A DNA stretch of 64,000 bases from Spizellomyces punctatus DAOM BR117. Lineage: Eukaryota. A program made the position numbers and the translations under genes. This document shows, in pieces, positions 41,265 through 53,254 of this stretch. Below the pieces are notes generated by a model that was given only the letters and a program-made list of their open reading frames with translations, searched no databases and was not told the origin of the DNA. The DNA lies in the NCBI GenBank assembly GCA_000182565.2, contig KQ257461.1; one strand, given 5' to 3'. How positions within the stretch are numbered: the stretch's first letter is position 1; each line of letters starts with the position of its first letter.

Positions 41265-44200
41265 ATGGATATGTTCAATGACGTTGGAACACACCCTTGG
41301 CTATTGGCGTGGATAACTCTCGGGCGTTTTGTCGTTGAACTTTTTTTTTCGTTCACATCCTCTAGGTGGCCCGGGAAATGAAGTGATATCCAGCGATACC
41401 ACTTACGGAAAACTGCTCGAGCAGCTCATTGCTCAGGAAGTGGTGGATCAGCATAAAAAGGATGCAGCCGTGATTATCGATATATTGCGCACTCAAGGGC
41501 AACCCGATGCACAGATATGGGCAACTCTAATACAAGCCCGGTATGTTTCAATATAGGGTCGATTGGAACTGATCCTGTACTGACCACTTCACTATCATAC
41601 AGACGAGCGAAATTAAAGAGGCCCTTTGCATCACAGGAGCATGAAGGGCAGCAATTGCAGAATGGCATGTCTACGAAAGTTGCAGCGGTTGCACAGCGGT
41701 TTGCCGCCAGTAATGTTATGTCTGTGTCAGCCAAGCCATCAGTGCCACTACCGATCACTTCAGCGGCGCCTTTAGTGACTGCCCAAGTCATTGTTGGCGC
41801 TGCAGAAGCCGCTCAACCGTCTGCTATTGTCGTGGATCGTCATCCATCACCAGCAGTTACCAATCCTGTCAACGCACCAAATGTTCGAATAACAAAGTCT
41901 CCTCGTGCTCATCCACCTCCGCCGCAACTCCCGAAGCCGCTTCCTGTCCGGCCTATGGCAGTTCAACAGGTAGCCCAACCCCCAAGGCAGGTCACTTGTA
42001 CGACCGTGGACGACAGAGTGAATGGATCAGATCAGGAACAGCGGAAGACAGTACACGCGGCTGAGGTTGACTCCCCGTCGTCTACTATTCCTCAAACAGG
42101 GAAAGTCGGTCAATCAAGTGAAATTCTGATAGGCATGTCAACAGCTACGGAAGTTTCACTGGGATCTCAAACTAAGGGTATTCCCAGCTACGATAGCATG
42201 GATGAAGCAGCGTTGATACGGCAGCTCCAAGCTAAACAAGAAGATGTGACGAAGTATGAGAAGTTAGCTACGATTGCCAGAGCGGAGGCAAAGCGCTTGA
42301 AGAAAGCTCTGTTGAGAAAGCGGAAACGGGTAGAGTCTACAGACAGTGTTCTTCCTAATGGAGAACAACCAACACTCCTTCCTGGCGTTGACGATACCGT
42401 GCAGCAAACGCAGGTTGATAAACTACCAAAAAAGAAGCGCAAGTTGCAGGATAGTCTGACGGAGCCAACAAAATCAAATACAGCTGGTCAAGCTAGCAAG
42501 TCACTTGCAGGCGAGAGTGCGATGGAAACGCCAAAGGAATTGCCAAACATTGTTGGAGAACGCCAGGCCGAGGCAAGACAGATTCAGACTCAGATTACTC
42601 CAAAGGCAAAGCCTTTGGCAAGTAAACCATGGACTTTGCGCATGACCGAGGACGATGATGAAGTAGGGTTCACGACGGCTGGTCCTGTCAAGATTAATGT
42701 CACATCAACGCGTCAAGGAAATGATGCCCCGCAAAATACCCAAATGATCGAAGTCCCCAGTTACGATACCAAGGAACTCGTCACAGACAGGACGCAAAGC
42801 GAGAAGACATCTATCGCCGTGAAAATGTCGGTATCTAACATACGCATGCCATCTGAGCATGATGCAGTTGAAGTCGCATCTACCGCGAAGGGAGCGACTC
42901 TATCCCCTCGTGAGCAGCGTGAGGCAGAAGTTAGAAAAGCAATGGAGAGGGATGAATGGGCAAAGCGCCAGCGCGCAAGCGAATCAAGCAAGCAAAGACC
43001 TCTTTCGCTTGATTCCGACTACGGGCAAATCATTCAAGAGTATCAGCAAAAGGCACAGTCCGTGTACAACGAGCGAATGGCGCTAACGAAGAGATCGAGT
43101 ATTGTGGAAGAGGTGACATCTCAAGTGGATGCAATGAAAAAAGCAAAAAAAGGGAAGCAAGCACCTCCGATCGTCGAGACACCATTGGCAGCGAATTCCT
43201 CGGAAAGAAGGGTTTCTCTGACCGAGGAAGAAGCCCGACGACTGCGCGAAGCCGCTCAGAAACGACTCCTCATCAAGCAGCGTGAGGAATTGGAGATGAT
43301 GGCCCGCGAGGCCGCTCAGAAACGACGCGACGAGGCCGAGAAAATGGCTCACGAAGAGGAGCAGCGACGGCGGGAAGCACAGCGCCGCGTGGAAGAGCTG
43401 CTGAAACGTGAGGAAGCGGAGAGGAAACGACGACATGAAGAGGAACGGAAGCATCGTGCAGAACGAGCAAGACTGCAGCGTGAAGAGCAAGAGCGGAAGA
43501 AACGGGAAGAGGAAGAGAGACGTCGTGAAGAGCAAGAGCACAAGAAACGGGAAGAAGAAGAAAAAAGACTCCGTGAGGAGCAAGCTCGGTTACAGCGTGA
43601 AGAGCAAGAGCGCAAGAAACGTGAGGAAGAGGAAAAGAGACGTCGTGAGGAACAAGCTCGATTACAGCGTGAACAAGAGGAGCGAAAGCAAAGGGAGGAA
43701 CTCCTTCGCAAACAGTTGCAAGAGCAAGAGCGCAAGAAACGGGAAGAAGAGGAAAAGAGACTCCGTGAGGAACAAGCGCGCATGCAGCGTGAAGAGCAAG
43801 AGCGGAAGAAACGGGAAGAGGAAGAGAGACGTCGTGAAGAGCAAGAGCATAAGAAACGGGAAGAAGAAGAAAAGAGACTTCGTGAGGAGCAAGCTCGGTT
43901 ACAGCGTGAAGAGCAAGAGCGCAAGAAACGTGAGGAAGAGGAAAAGAGACGTCGTGAGGAGCAAGCTCGATTACAGCGTGAACAAGAGGAGCGAAAGCAA
44001 AGGGAGGAACTCCTTCGCAAACAGTTGCAAGAGCAAGAGCGCAAGAAACGGGAAGAAGAGGAAAAGAGACTCCGTGAGGAACAAGCGCGCATGCAGCGTG
44101 AAGAGCAAGAGCGGAAGAAACGGGAAGAGGAAGAAAAGAGACTTCGTGAGCAGCAAGCTCGGTTACAGCGTGAAGAGCAAGAGCGCAAGAAACGTGAAGA

Positions 44201-46201
44201 AGAGGAAAGGAGACGTCGCGAGGAACAAGCGCGCTTACAGCGTGAACAAGAGGAGCGAAAGCAACGGGAGGAACTTCTTCGCAAGCAATTACAAGAGCAA
44301 GAGCGCAAACGACGCGAAGAGCAGCTGCGGAAGCGTCTCGACGAGGAAGAAAGTAAACGTAAAGAGATAGAACATACTCAACGGCAACAGGATGAGGAAA
44401 TCCGACGCGCGGCAGAGCGGAGCTTGGCCGAAAAACAAAGACTCGCTCGAGACGCCCTTTTAGCAGATACATTTGTTCGTGGGGTAGTCTCAGAACACAC
44501 TGGGAAAGCGGTCGATGCGCAGAGTCAATTACATCAACAAGCTGAGAAACGGGCGGAGGAGCTGCGACAAAAGTTAATGAGAGGAAAGCAGATCAAGGAC
44601 GTACAAGGACGCAAGGTCTCAGAGAGCGCGCCAGAGTCTCTCACATCCAGCCCTGTGCAATTGCCAGCTCAGCCCTCCACTTCATCATTCTCACAAACAA
44701 AAGAGACGACACCGGTCTCCACTAGTAGGGCTCCGATACCCGGGTCAGGATCCTCATCAAAACTGCCCCTGGTATCGCATGTCCCCGTGACAACTGCCGT
44801 AGTGAGCGTTGTTCATGACCTGTCTCCGAACCAACTTACGGCCTCTCCAATTATCTCGAAGGCGAAGCAACTAGAACTGGAAGAAGGAGAAATCGAAGAG
44901 TTCTCTACACCAGTCAGCAGCAAGACCAATAGTCCTGTGCCAGTTCAGCAGGTTGAAGTTTTGAAACGAACTAGCCAGCCGGCAAGCGTTATTGGATCAA
45001 CTGCTGTACTTTCGGTTAGCTCCGGGCAGAATGGTAAGAGATGCGCTCACATGGCTCTGTCGTTGTGCTCATTCCGCGATCTGCTTAATTCTGCTTATTG
45101 ATCCTGACAGCATTATCCTCAACGCCTGCTGTGTGTGGTGCAAGGGTGAAAACTGAAAGTGCTATCGCCAGTCCCGAAATACCATATGAAGTGGAAACGC
45201 CAAGTTCAGCAAGAACAGGTCGTGAGCGTTCTATGACCACGGAAATCAATCCGTTCGCCGTTGTGCGCTTCGCTAACGGACAACCATCGGTGGGCCAACA
45301 ATTTTCGACTCAGAATCCATTCATCCAGAATTCGGCCATGGGCCCAGGATTCACAGGGGCCAATTTGATGGGTGGTTTTGGTGCTCCTGGATTAGGTTTT
45401 CCCCTTGCTGACGGAGGAATGTTTGCTACAGGGGCATCCGCTAGCTTACCTCCGGAAATCAGAGCTCAAATTCTTGCGTCGCATCATCAAGCCCTGCAAA
45501 CATATCAACAAGCCTTGACGCAATTTACCGCTCACTTCTTGAATCAAGCAGCCATCTCTTTCCCTCAACCTCGACCGCAGGTACAAGGTATGGTACCGCC
45601 TGCGGCACCAGTATTCGGCCCCACCATCCCGCCACAGCAAGGAACGCAGACCGGATTTCAAGCAGATACCACCCTTTCTGCACCATTGTCATCCACAGCC
45701 GCTAGGCAAGCTTTGCAACCAAGTGACCTTGGAATGACAACAGGTGGGCGTCCCGGTGTTGTTCCAGCTAACCCTCCCCTAGCATTCCCTGAACGTCTAA
45801 GGGCAATGGGCGGAGCTCCAAACTTCATTGGCTTTGGCGCCCCCCCAATGATGGGTGGATTTACCTATCCTCAAGGCGCAGTTTTGCCTCAGCAGCCTGG
45901 GAATCCGACACCTTTTTCAATGCCTACCAATGGTCCACCGACGATGATGAACATAAATCCTCCTTCGGGTACAGCGCCGGGAGGGTATACTCCAACTGTA
46001 CCCTTTGTGGGCAGTTTATCAGGCGCCGGCTCTAGCACCACGCCAACTCCTATGCAACGAATGGCTGGTGTTCCCGTTGGAGGAGCAACGATGGATGAGA
46101 CTACTTTGAGGGGCATTCAACAAAGGATTGCTGATATGGCTAGACAACAAGGATCACCACAAGGAAGCACGCAGGTGTCCCATCCTGGATTTCAAAGTTA
46201 G
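41265..46201 (+). CDS. Very large low-complexity protein with E/R/K/Q helical repeat and Pro/Gly/Gln-rich C-terminus
   Basis: 1194-codon ORF joined by an intron (about 45033-45110) to a 367-codon ORF. Upstream small exons and the start are uncertain. Confidence 0.7.
43474..44308 (+). repeat. Coding tandem repeat, 309-bp (103-aa) period, about 2.7 copies, built from shorter EEQERKKREEE subunits
   Basis: TGCAGCGTGAAGAGCAAGAGCGGAAGAAACGGGAAGAGGAAGA recurs at 43474, 43783 and 44092. Confidence 0.92.
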
Positions 46202-47029
46202 GCGGGCTCCAAATTTCATTTGAGTGAGGTGCGAGCAAAATGCTTGAAGGTCAATTCTTTTGAGATTGAGTGGACTCTTATGGGACAGTTGGGTTTCTGT
46301 ATATTATACTTTTATTTTTTGCGTTCATTGTCATCTTTTGTGGTAGAAAATAAATGCGTTTTGCTTGTTAGCTGGTGGCCTGAGTGCTTGAGAGACGCTG
46401 TTGGAAATGCAAGCGAAAATCGCTGCGCGCGTCTCATGCATGGCACATTGCAACGCACTCCCAGGATTTGAGTCCTGTGTGGTCACCGAACCCGGCATTA
46501 ACCCTGTCGTGTGATGGAGACCCTTCGACATGACGGACTGCACCTTGGACAAACCTGTAGCATCTAAATAGACGATGCTAGAGTGAATATCGCTATCTGG
46601 GCTATCAAAGTACGTTCATTTCCTGATGTCTGAACCACAAGGGCAACTACAACAGTCGACCACTCTCGAAAGCGCGCATCTATCTTGCTCCAGCGGTCCT
46701 CGTTTTGTAGCCGCTCCCTAGAGCCACGACAATGTAGTTGTAATGTTGGCCCTTCTTCATAGTGTACGATGCCCTCCTTGCCAGGCTAACAGCTTCTGTT
46801 CCTCTGTCTGGTCGAAGCCAACGTTATCCCGACCTTGAACTAGACGATTGCAAGTGGCAGGGCGACGACAGCTCGATCTGATGTGGTAATCAACTCCGAA
46901 AAGGGATAGATTAATTACGGATACAACCGGGTTGCCAGGATGCGGCGCTAAGGAAAACTGAGTTGGGCATCGCGTGGACGCAACAGACTTATTAGCATCA
47001 GCGATTTAAAATACCGACACCTTGCAACG

Positions 47030-47569
47030 ATGCTCTTCAAAGCTGTCCTTCGTCCACTAGCTGCACGGCCTGCTGTTGCCTCCCGTGCGCTTGTCGCTCC
47101 CCAGCGTCGCATGGCAAGCACCTCCGTCTTCGCTGCGGACAACTTTAAGAAATACGTGCCTGATGTTCGCCTTACCGGAGAGACTACCCTTGGCGAAATT
47201 TACGAGAAGGCCTACGTGCGATACCGTTACCGACTTTTGTACCCCATTGCTGCGTGGGTTGGTTTCTTGTACTACTACCTCTGGGTTCCGTAAGTTGACC
47301 AATGACATGTACACTGTGCGGGGAAAGAGCGGGAGGGACATGTGGTGCTGTGTGAAGATCAGAGAATCTCTATCGTGATCGATTTGGCTAGTATTATGGG
47401 AAAATGAGCGTTGGTTGCGATGTTGGCTACTAGAGGGGATATCGAATTACTTTGCAACTGTGGCGTGGCCTGACACTCTTCATTCCGCAGGTATGCTCCT
47501 GAGTCGGAAAAGAAGGCGGTTAGGGAAAGGGAGGAGTACCTCAAGAGCCTTGAATACCACTCGGTGTAA
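47030..47569 (+). CDS. Small single-pass protein with mitochondrial presequence, 2 exons
   Basis: Presequence MLFKAVLRPLAARPAVASRALVAPQRRMAS, TM segment LLYPIAAWVGFLYYYLWVP, intron 47290-47490, ends LEYHSV*. Confidence 0.8.
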
Positions 47570-47749
47570 TTGAGAAGAGGTATGCATGCCTTCTTTTGTG
47601 TCGCGTAATGTCGACCATTGTGTCATAACCGTAATTTTGTGCGCTTAGAGGTTTTAGTTGCATTAGCCTCAAATGACATACCAAATGACCATCGATGTAG
47701 TTTCATGCAGAATAGAGCAGAAAATATACGGGAGCCGGGGTTTTAAACA

Positions 47750-50700
47750 TGTGCTTGCGGCCTCATAAGTATTCTTGCCCACATGCTTATGTGGTTGGAT
47801 GAATGAACGAGTGGCTAGTGGAACGATGATTTCTTTCGATGAACTTTGCGAATGCTGAGTTGAGGAACCTGAAGGACCTGAAGAATCACGATATATGTCG
47901 TTTGGTGGCCATTAGCTCAATCGTCCTATGAGCTTGACACCGAGCGCAGAGTATTGATGGATGCGATGGAAGCGTGCACCTGTGGCCAATGTTTACATCT
48001 TAGACTCGCAGTGCCAGCTGCAACTCTATTTTCAGGACGATTTGCCAAATCAGTGGGCCATCTGAGGTCTATGCTGGTGTCTCCAACACCCCTTCCGTTC
48101 GTAGTAACCCGAGGAAGTCCGCTTGCCTCTGATGCATCTTTTAGGAAGCAAGTAAGGTATAAGCTTGCACTGTCGCTTAACGCTATAACAGTCAGTGTTC
48201 ACCTCTCGTGACATTGCGTCTGCTCGTCGTGTCTCGCTTTCCAGTGAGCTTCTGTGTATTCATCTGTTATTAACATCTCTGGCAACACTGAAGATCTGCG
48301 GGTCTTTTGACTCACCGGAGCTTGTGAGCTTCTTCCTTATATGTCTTAACTCTTGTTTTCAAAACTTGTAATTTATTCTTGAAGAGGGTCTGGGACTACA
48401 GGCCGTGATTCAGCTGAGAGAGAGTCGCAGGCTCTGAAAGTCATAGCGTTTTACCTTGTCCAGCAAGTCCTCCAGCTCTCTTGACTTATCCGCTAATTTC
48501 TCCTTTTCCTTGATAAGCGCCTCAAGCTTCTGGGTGAGGTTGGTTTTTTCTTTGCTCCAAGTAGACTTGAAAAAAATGATCTACGCATCAGTGTCGAGGA
48601 TCGTGTGGGCTAGTTTCTCACTCAAAGTGGCTAACATACACGATAGCGTTCTGCATTATGGAAGTAGGCCTCGCGCTCCTTCTCCATCTGTTCAGATATT
48701 TGCGCCAATTGACCTTGAAGTGACTGGAGTGCCGCTTCTGTTGACGCGAGCTTCTCTCTAAGCATGCAACAATAAGTAATCATGAACATGCCAATGTGAT
48801 GCAATGTCATTCACTGGTACCTCAAAACCTCTTCCCCCTTCCTTCGCAGTGCTACATCTTTATTGAGTTCAGCTGTTTGCGCTTCAGCTTCCTGTATGGC
48901 TTTTTTGAAATGGTCGATTTCAGCTTGCAGACGCTCAATCTGGGCTGTGTTCTCCATTCGGGCTTGTGCCAATGAATCATTTTGGGTTTGAAAGGTGCGA
49001 ATGGTTTGCTTGAGGTTTGAAAGTTCCTTAATCGTAAACATGAGTTCCGTGAAGAATAAGCTTGAAGCGGGGTATGAATGCCTACCTGATGCAGATCCTT
49101 TTCAGCGGAATCACTCAAAGCTTCCGCTTCGGTATTTTTTTGTTTAACATCCGCCAACTGTTTTTCCAGCTATAATAATGTTGAAAATTTGACATTAGGT
49201 TTGAGTGGATATTTGACTATCAACTGTTGCAGCCCGCCCTGTGCTTACATCGCATTTTTGAGATTCGAGCTGTGACCGCTTTGCCCATTCCTCCTCCCTC
49301 GCCAACCTCAATTTCTCAAGAAGGTCTTTCTCACCGTTGGATACACGATCACGAAGCGACTGTATAGTTTCGTTTGCTGTTTTGAGGTGACTGGTGGGAG
49401 CGAAGATTAGGCAATGCGAGGCGCTGATGATTGGTTTGGTAGTGCGCACCTTTCAAGCTCGACCACCTTTTCTTTTAGATCGTTGATCGTGTTCTCAAAT
49501 TGATTACGCTCTTTGAGCATCGACAGCTTCAAGTCACTCGTTTCAATCCTGCCATTATCAATTAGGTCTGTACGGAAGATCCATAATAGGGTAATACACG
49601 TACTTGACAGTATGCAGATTCTCTTCAAGCTTACTTCGGACTTTATTCAGGTCCTTTGTGAGAACAGCATTCTGCTCTGTGACTTGATCAAGCGTACGGA
49701 GGGTTTGCGTGGCTTCGTTTTCCATAGACGCTATCTGGTCAAATGCCCGTTGGCGTAAGCTGCAAACATTATCATACCATTTGCCCAATTGCAATTACAA
49801 ACCTGTGTGGCCAATGCATCTTTTTCAGCATGCAATGTTTTCGAATGTGCAACCTCGTCTATGAGCTTTCTCTGGTGGATGCGGGCTTGCTGCTCATAAT
49901 CGACCCGAAGTTTCTCTTTCTCTGCTCTATTGTCGAAGATTTCGATGAGGTACATGTCTGGTAATACCGAATACAAGCTCGACATACCTCAGTTCCTCAT
50001 TCTCGGGGAGAAGGGACTGCACTTTGAGCTGTAGTTCAGCGTTCTCCCTTTGGAGCTCGCGGAGTCGCTTGGTGTCCATTGAAGAATCTTTTTATGCAGT
50101 CCGTTTATATTACTATCCGCGGTTTAGCATTCCTGGCATCCTGTCCCTTACCGAGACATTGTCGCAGTTCCAGCATACGAGCTTCAAGCGCCGCCATCTC
50201 GTCTTGATACGATTGTTCCATGTCTTTTAACTTGGACTCTAGTTGTGCACGCTAAAAGTAGATATTAGCACGTTTCGCTAAGTTCATTCTGATGGAGCAT
50301 CATATACCTCACGTTCGATATCAGTTTTGGCGACTTCATGATCCCGCCGCAAGGCATAGTACATGGAGCGGTACTTCTCTGTTTCCTACCTCATCAGCGT
50401 TAGTTTTCCACCTTTTACGTACTTATCCAGTAGGTCAGGCGTGTGCAATTACCTGTTTTAAGCCCTTTGAGCGCTTCTCATTTTGCTCCTCCATTTCCTG
50501 TACAACTTTAAGGCGGAGGATTTCCAAATCTCTGCATATCACATATGTGGATCAGGACCCCTTTTTGCATGACTGTAGCGGGCACATCAACTAACTTTGG
50601 TTGTGGAGCTTTGGAACGGAATTCTTCTAGCTCCCGGGATTTAGCGTTAAGTTGTGATTTAAAGAGTGATGTTGATTCGCTTATTTGAGCCTCTAAAGCT

Positions 50701-51020
50701 GTCTACTCTCCAATTTTGTTAGTTAGTTAACCGCAAATTCTCGTGAATGGGTGCTCAGAATGTGATAGCACAACCTTCTCCTTAACCGAGAGATCATATT
50801 CTCGACTGAGGGTCTCATATCGCTCTTGAAGGCGCTCATGGCCGTTTTTAAGCTGTAATGGCGACGTTGTTCAATTTGGTTCCCGAAACATAGTTGGCTC
50901 TTTCTGTGACCTTACGTGTTCAAAATTGTCTTTATATGCCTCATTTTCTTTCTTGAGAGTCTCCACAAGTGATAAAGCAACTTTGAGCTTTTCAAGTACT
51001 GCTTCTTGCGTTTCCGCCAT
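47750..51020 (-). CDS. Long coiled-coil protein, many exons (3' end approximate)
   Basis: Heptad-rich E/K/Q/L exons starting MAETQEAVLEKLKVALSLVETLKKENE, separated by short GT-AG introns. Confidence 0.7.
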
Positions 51021-51290
51021 ATTTCTTGTTGTTAAACCGAACCCTGGCTGGTGCAGCGTGAAGCTGCTGCGCACACATAACGCAGCGACGCGTTCGTTGA
51101 TTACATAATATCGAGGTGAGGGCTCATCCTGCGATCAATACTCATGCAACACCAGGAGCTCTCCCATTAGTGAGCATCAGTACGTCTCCATAAGACTTCG
51201 AACATACTGCTTGAACTACCATCTATAGCAAGAACGTTCGTTTGGTGATGGGGGGAAAGATGCACATTTGGAGTTTGAGATCACTACATA

Positions 51291-52020
51291 GTGTGGAGGC
51301 GATTGAAAATGGCACTAGGACCCATTATTATCCGGATTAATCCGGTTAATCATATCGCATAATCAGAACCCCCCTCTATCGCTCTTGGTGTGGCATGCAT
51401 GTAATGTTTTTTTTTAAAATTGCGATGTGGTGCATGCCAAAGGTCTATAAAAGGGGGGCCTTTTCCCTCTTTCCTCTTTACCCATCCTCGACTCTCAAAG
51501 CATCTGCACAAATGCTCATTGCGACCCACATTGCAACTCATTGCGACTCGGTCAACCATGAGAATGCCGATGTGGTGGTGTCGAGGACCTCGACCACCCA
51601 ACAGCAACCGTGATCAGAACCAGTGGCAACCAATCGGATCCGATAACAGAACCTACTATTACGCTGCCACATTAGTTGAGCTTGGTTGGTATGTATCGAT
51701 GGCATTTCTTGCATTTCTTGTCATCGGGTCATCTTCTGACATGCAGTTTTTTTCTCTAGTCTCCAAGCCTTGTCACTGAAGATCCTCCAGCTTACGAGTC
51801 TCCCCAATATTGTGAAGACTCTGGCTTCAATGCCATCAAGAGTTCTGGATCAAGGCCTAGTAGGGACTGCGTGTGGTGGTGGGCAGTTATCCGGTTAGAA
51901 CAACCGTTACGTATTGCGTGTATAATTGCCTAGTAGTAGTTAGTTAGCTTTTCCGAACCAGTTGTCGCCGGTTTATTCCCTGGTGTAGTAGCTAGTGCCA
52001 GTTTCTGTCACCTAATACAC
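51291..52020 (+). mobile_element. Non-autonomous Fanzor-family 'ghost' TIR element without Fanzor ORF
   Basis: Flanked by CATA (51287-90) and TATG (52021-24). The left end GTGTGGAGGCGATTGAAAATGGCACTAG matches the reverse complement of the right end at 22/29 positions. It shares the GTG...TGGCACTAG frame with the Fanzor element TIR. Confidence 0.85.
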
Positions 52021-52037
52021 TATGTATTTCACCTGTA
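51948..52037 (+). ncRNA. Diverged omegaRNA-like scaffold (51948-52022) plus predicted guide TGTATTTCACCTGTA
   Basis: 44/54 identity to the first 54 nt of the scaffold at 56798, the same 75-nt length, ending in CACTA. Guide length assumed to be 15 nt. Confidence 0.75.
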
Positions 52038-52115
52038 CAGGGATGCAGAGAATACGCATCATCATATGGGCACGGGACACAAACGAGAATTCTCGGCTAC
52101 TGCTACAGTCTAGCG

Positions 52116-53254
52116 CTATTCCTCTCTGGGCTGCAGAATGGAATCTGCCTCACTTTGCAAAATGGCCGCTTCATCTCCATAACGCTTTGGATCAACCCTA
52201 CCCTTCTGCTTCATCTCTTGGGACATCAACTCAGCTGCTTTGGCTTTCTTTTCAAGCGCAATTTTGACCTGTTCCTTCTTTGGTAGCTCCTCGACTTCTT
52301 CATGCGTTAATTTTGCAAGAGCATCTCTGATCTTTTTCTTTTCGCCTTCTTTCATTTGATTGACATCAGCGATCGCCTCTCTAGCACCCTCCGATGGAAC
52401 TGGAAGATTGTCTTCATGCAAGGCAATCCGCGCAAGGGACTCAATAATGGCTTTCTCGGGTCCGGTGTCAAGATTTTTGCCACCATGGACCTCGGCAATG
52501 TGCCTTAACATTCGGTCAGCTTCGCTCATGAGCTTGGAAGCAGGGGAATCTTTGTCGACGCGGCCCTTTTGTTTCATTTCGCGGGACATTAGCTCACGGG
52601 CCAACTCCTTCTTGGCAATTGCCTCTTTGATCTCTTTCATGACGGGATCGTCTCGCTCTGGGAGTCCCTCAGCCTTTCTCTTCGCCTGTCTCGCACTCAA
52701 TACTTCATGCAACATTTTTTGCGCTTCGCTCATAAGCTTCGAAGCTTCGCTTCCTTCCTCCGCTTTGAAAACTCTGCTGTGAATTGAGTCGCGCATCTCT
52801 TGTGACATTTGATCCTGAGCATGGATCTTCAACTCTATGGCTTGGGCGACAGGGGTCTTCTTCTTATGAGCTGGTGATTCCGTGTGAAGAGCAATAGCCT
52901 GTATTGGGCACGTCAGAATCTGCAATGAAAGGTGCTCCGGTATGGAGTACAGCGAACCTATGATCTCACCTGCATATCGTCAGCAATATGCTTTGCGCGA
53001 TCTGCTGCACTCTGCGCAACCGCCGCAGCCGAATCCTTGGGAATGACCCCACCGGTAACAGCAGCTGTCCTTGCCTCAAGTTCTTTCGCATGTCGCTGCA
53101 TACATTGAGCGGTCAATTCGGCCTGAGCAGCGTTGGCCATTTGTTTGTGTTCTGGAAGTTTGGCGATTCCTTCAGCAACTGCTTCGTCCACGTTGGAAAC
53201 TTGGGATTTGGAGGTCGTCTCGTTTTGTTCCTTCGAACATGCTAGGGTACTCAT
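52116..53254 (-). CDS. Hydrophilic helical repeat protein, LEA/seed-maturation-protein (SMP)-like, 2 exons
   Basis: Repeated motif DSAAAVAQSAAD / GSEASKLMSEA / DSPASKLMSEAD / DEAAILQSEAD; rich in A, E and K. Confidence 0.7.

Noticed and set aside
43083-44472. Long antisense and alternate-frame ORFs (399, 319, 320 aa) over the repeat
   Set aside because: They are shadows of the stop-poor coding repeat on the + strand.
46758-46790. CATAGTGT resembling another element left end
   Set aside because: Lacks the TGGCACTAG inner motif and has no matching right end.
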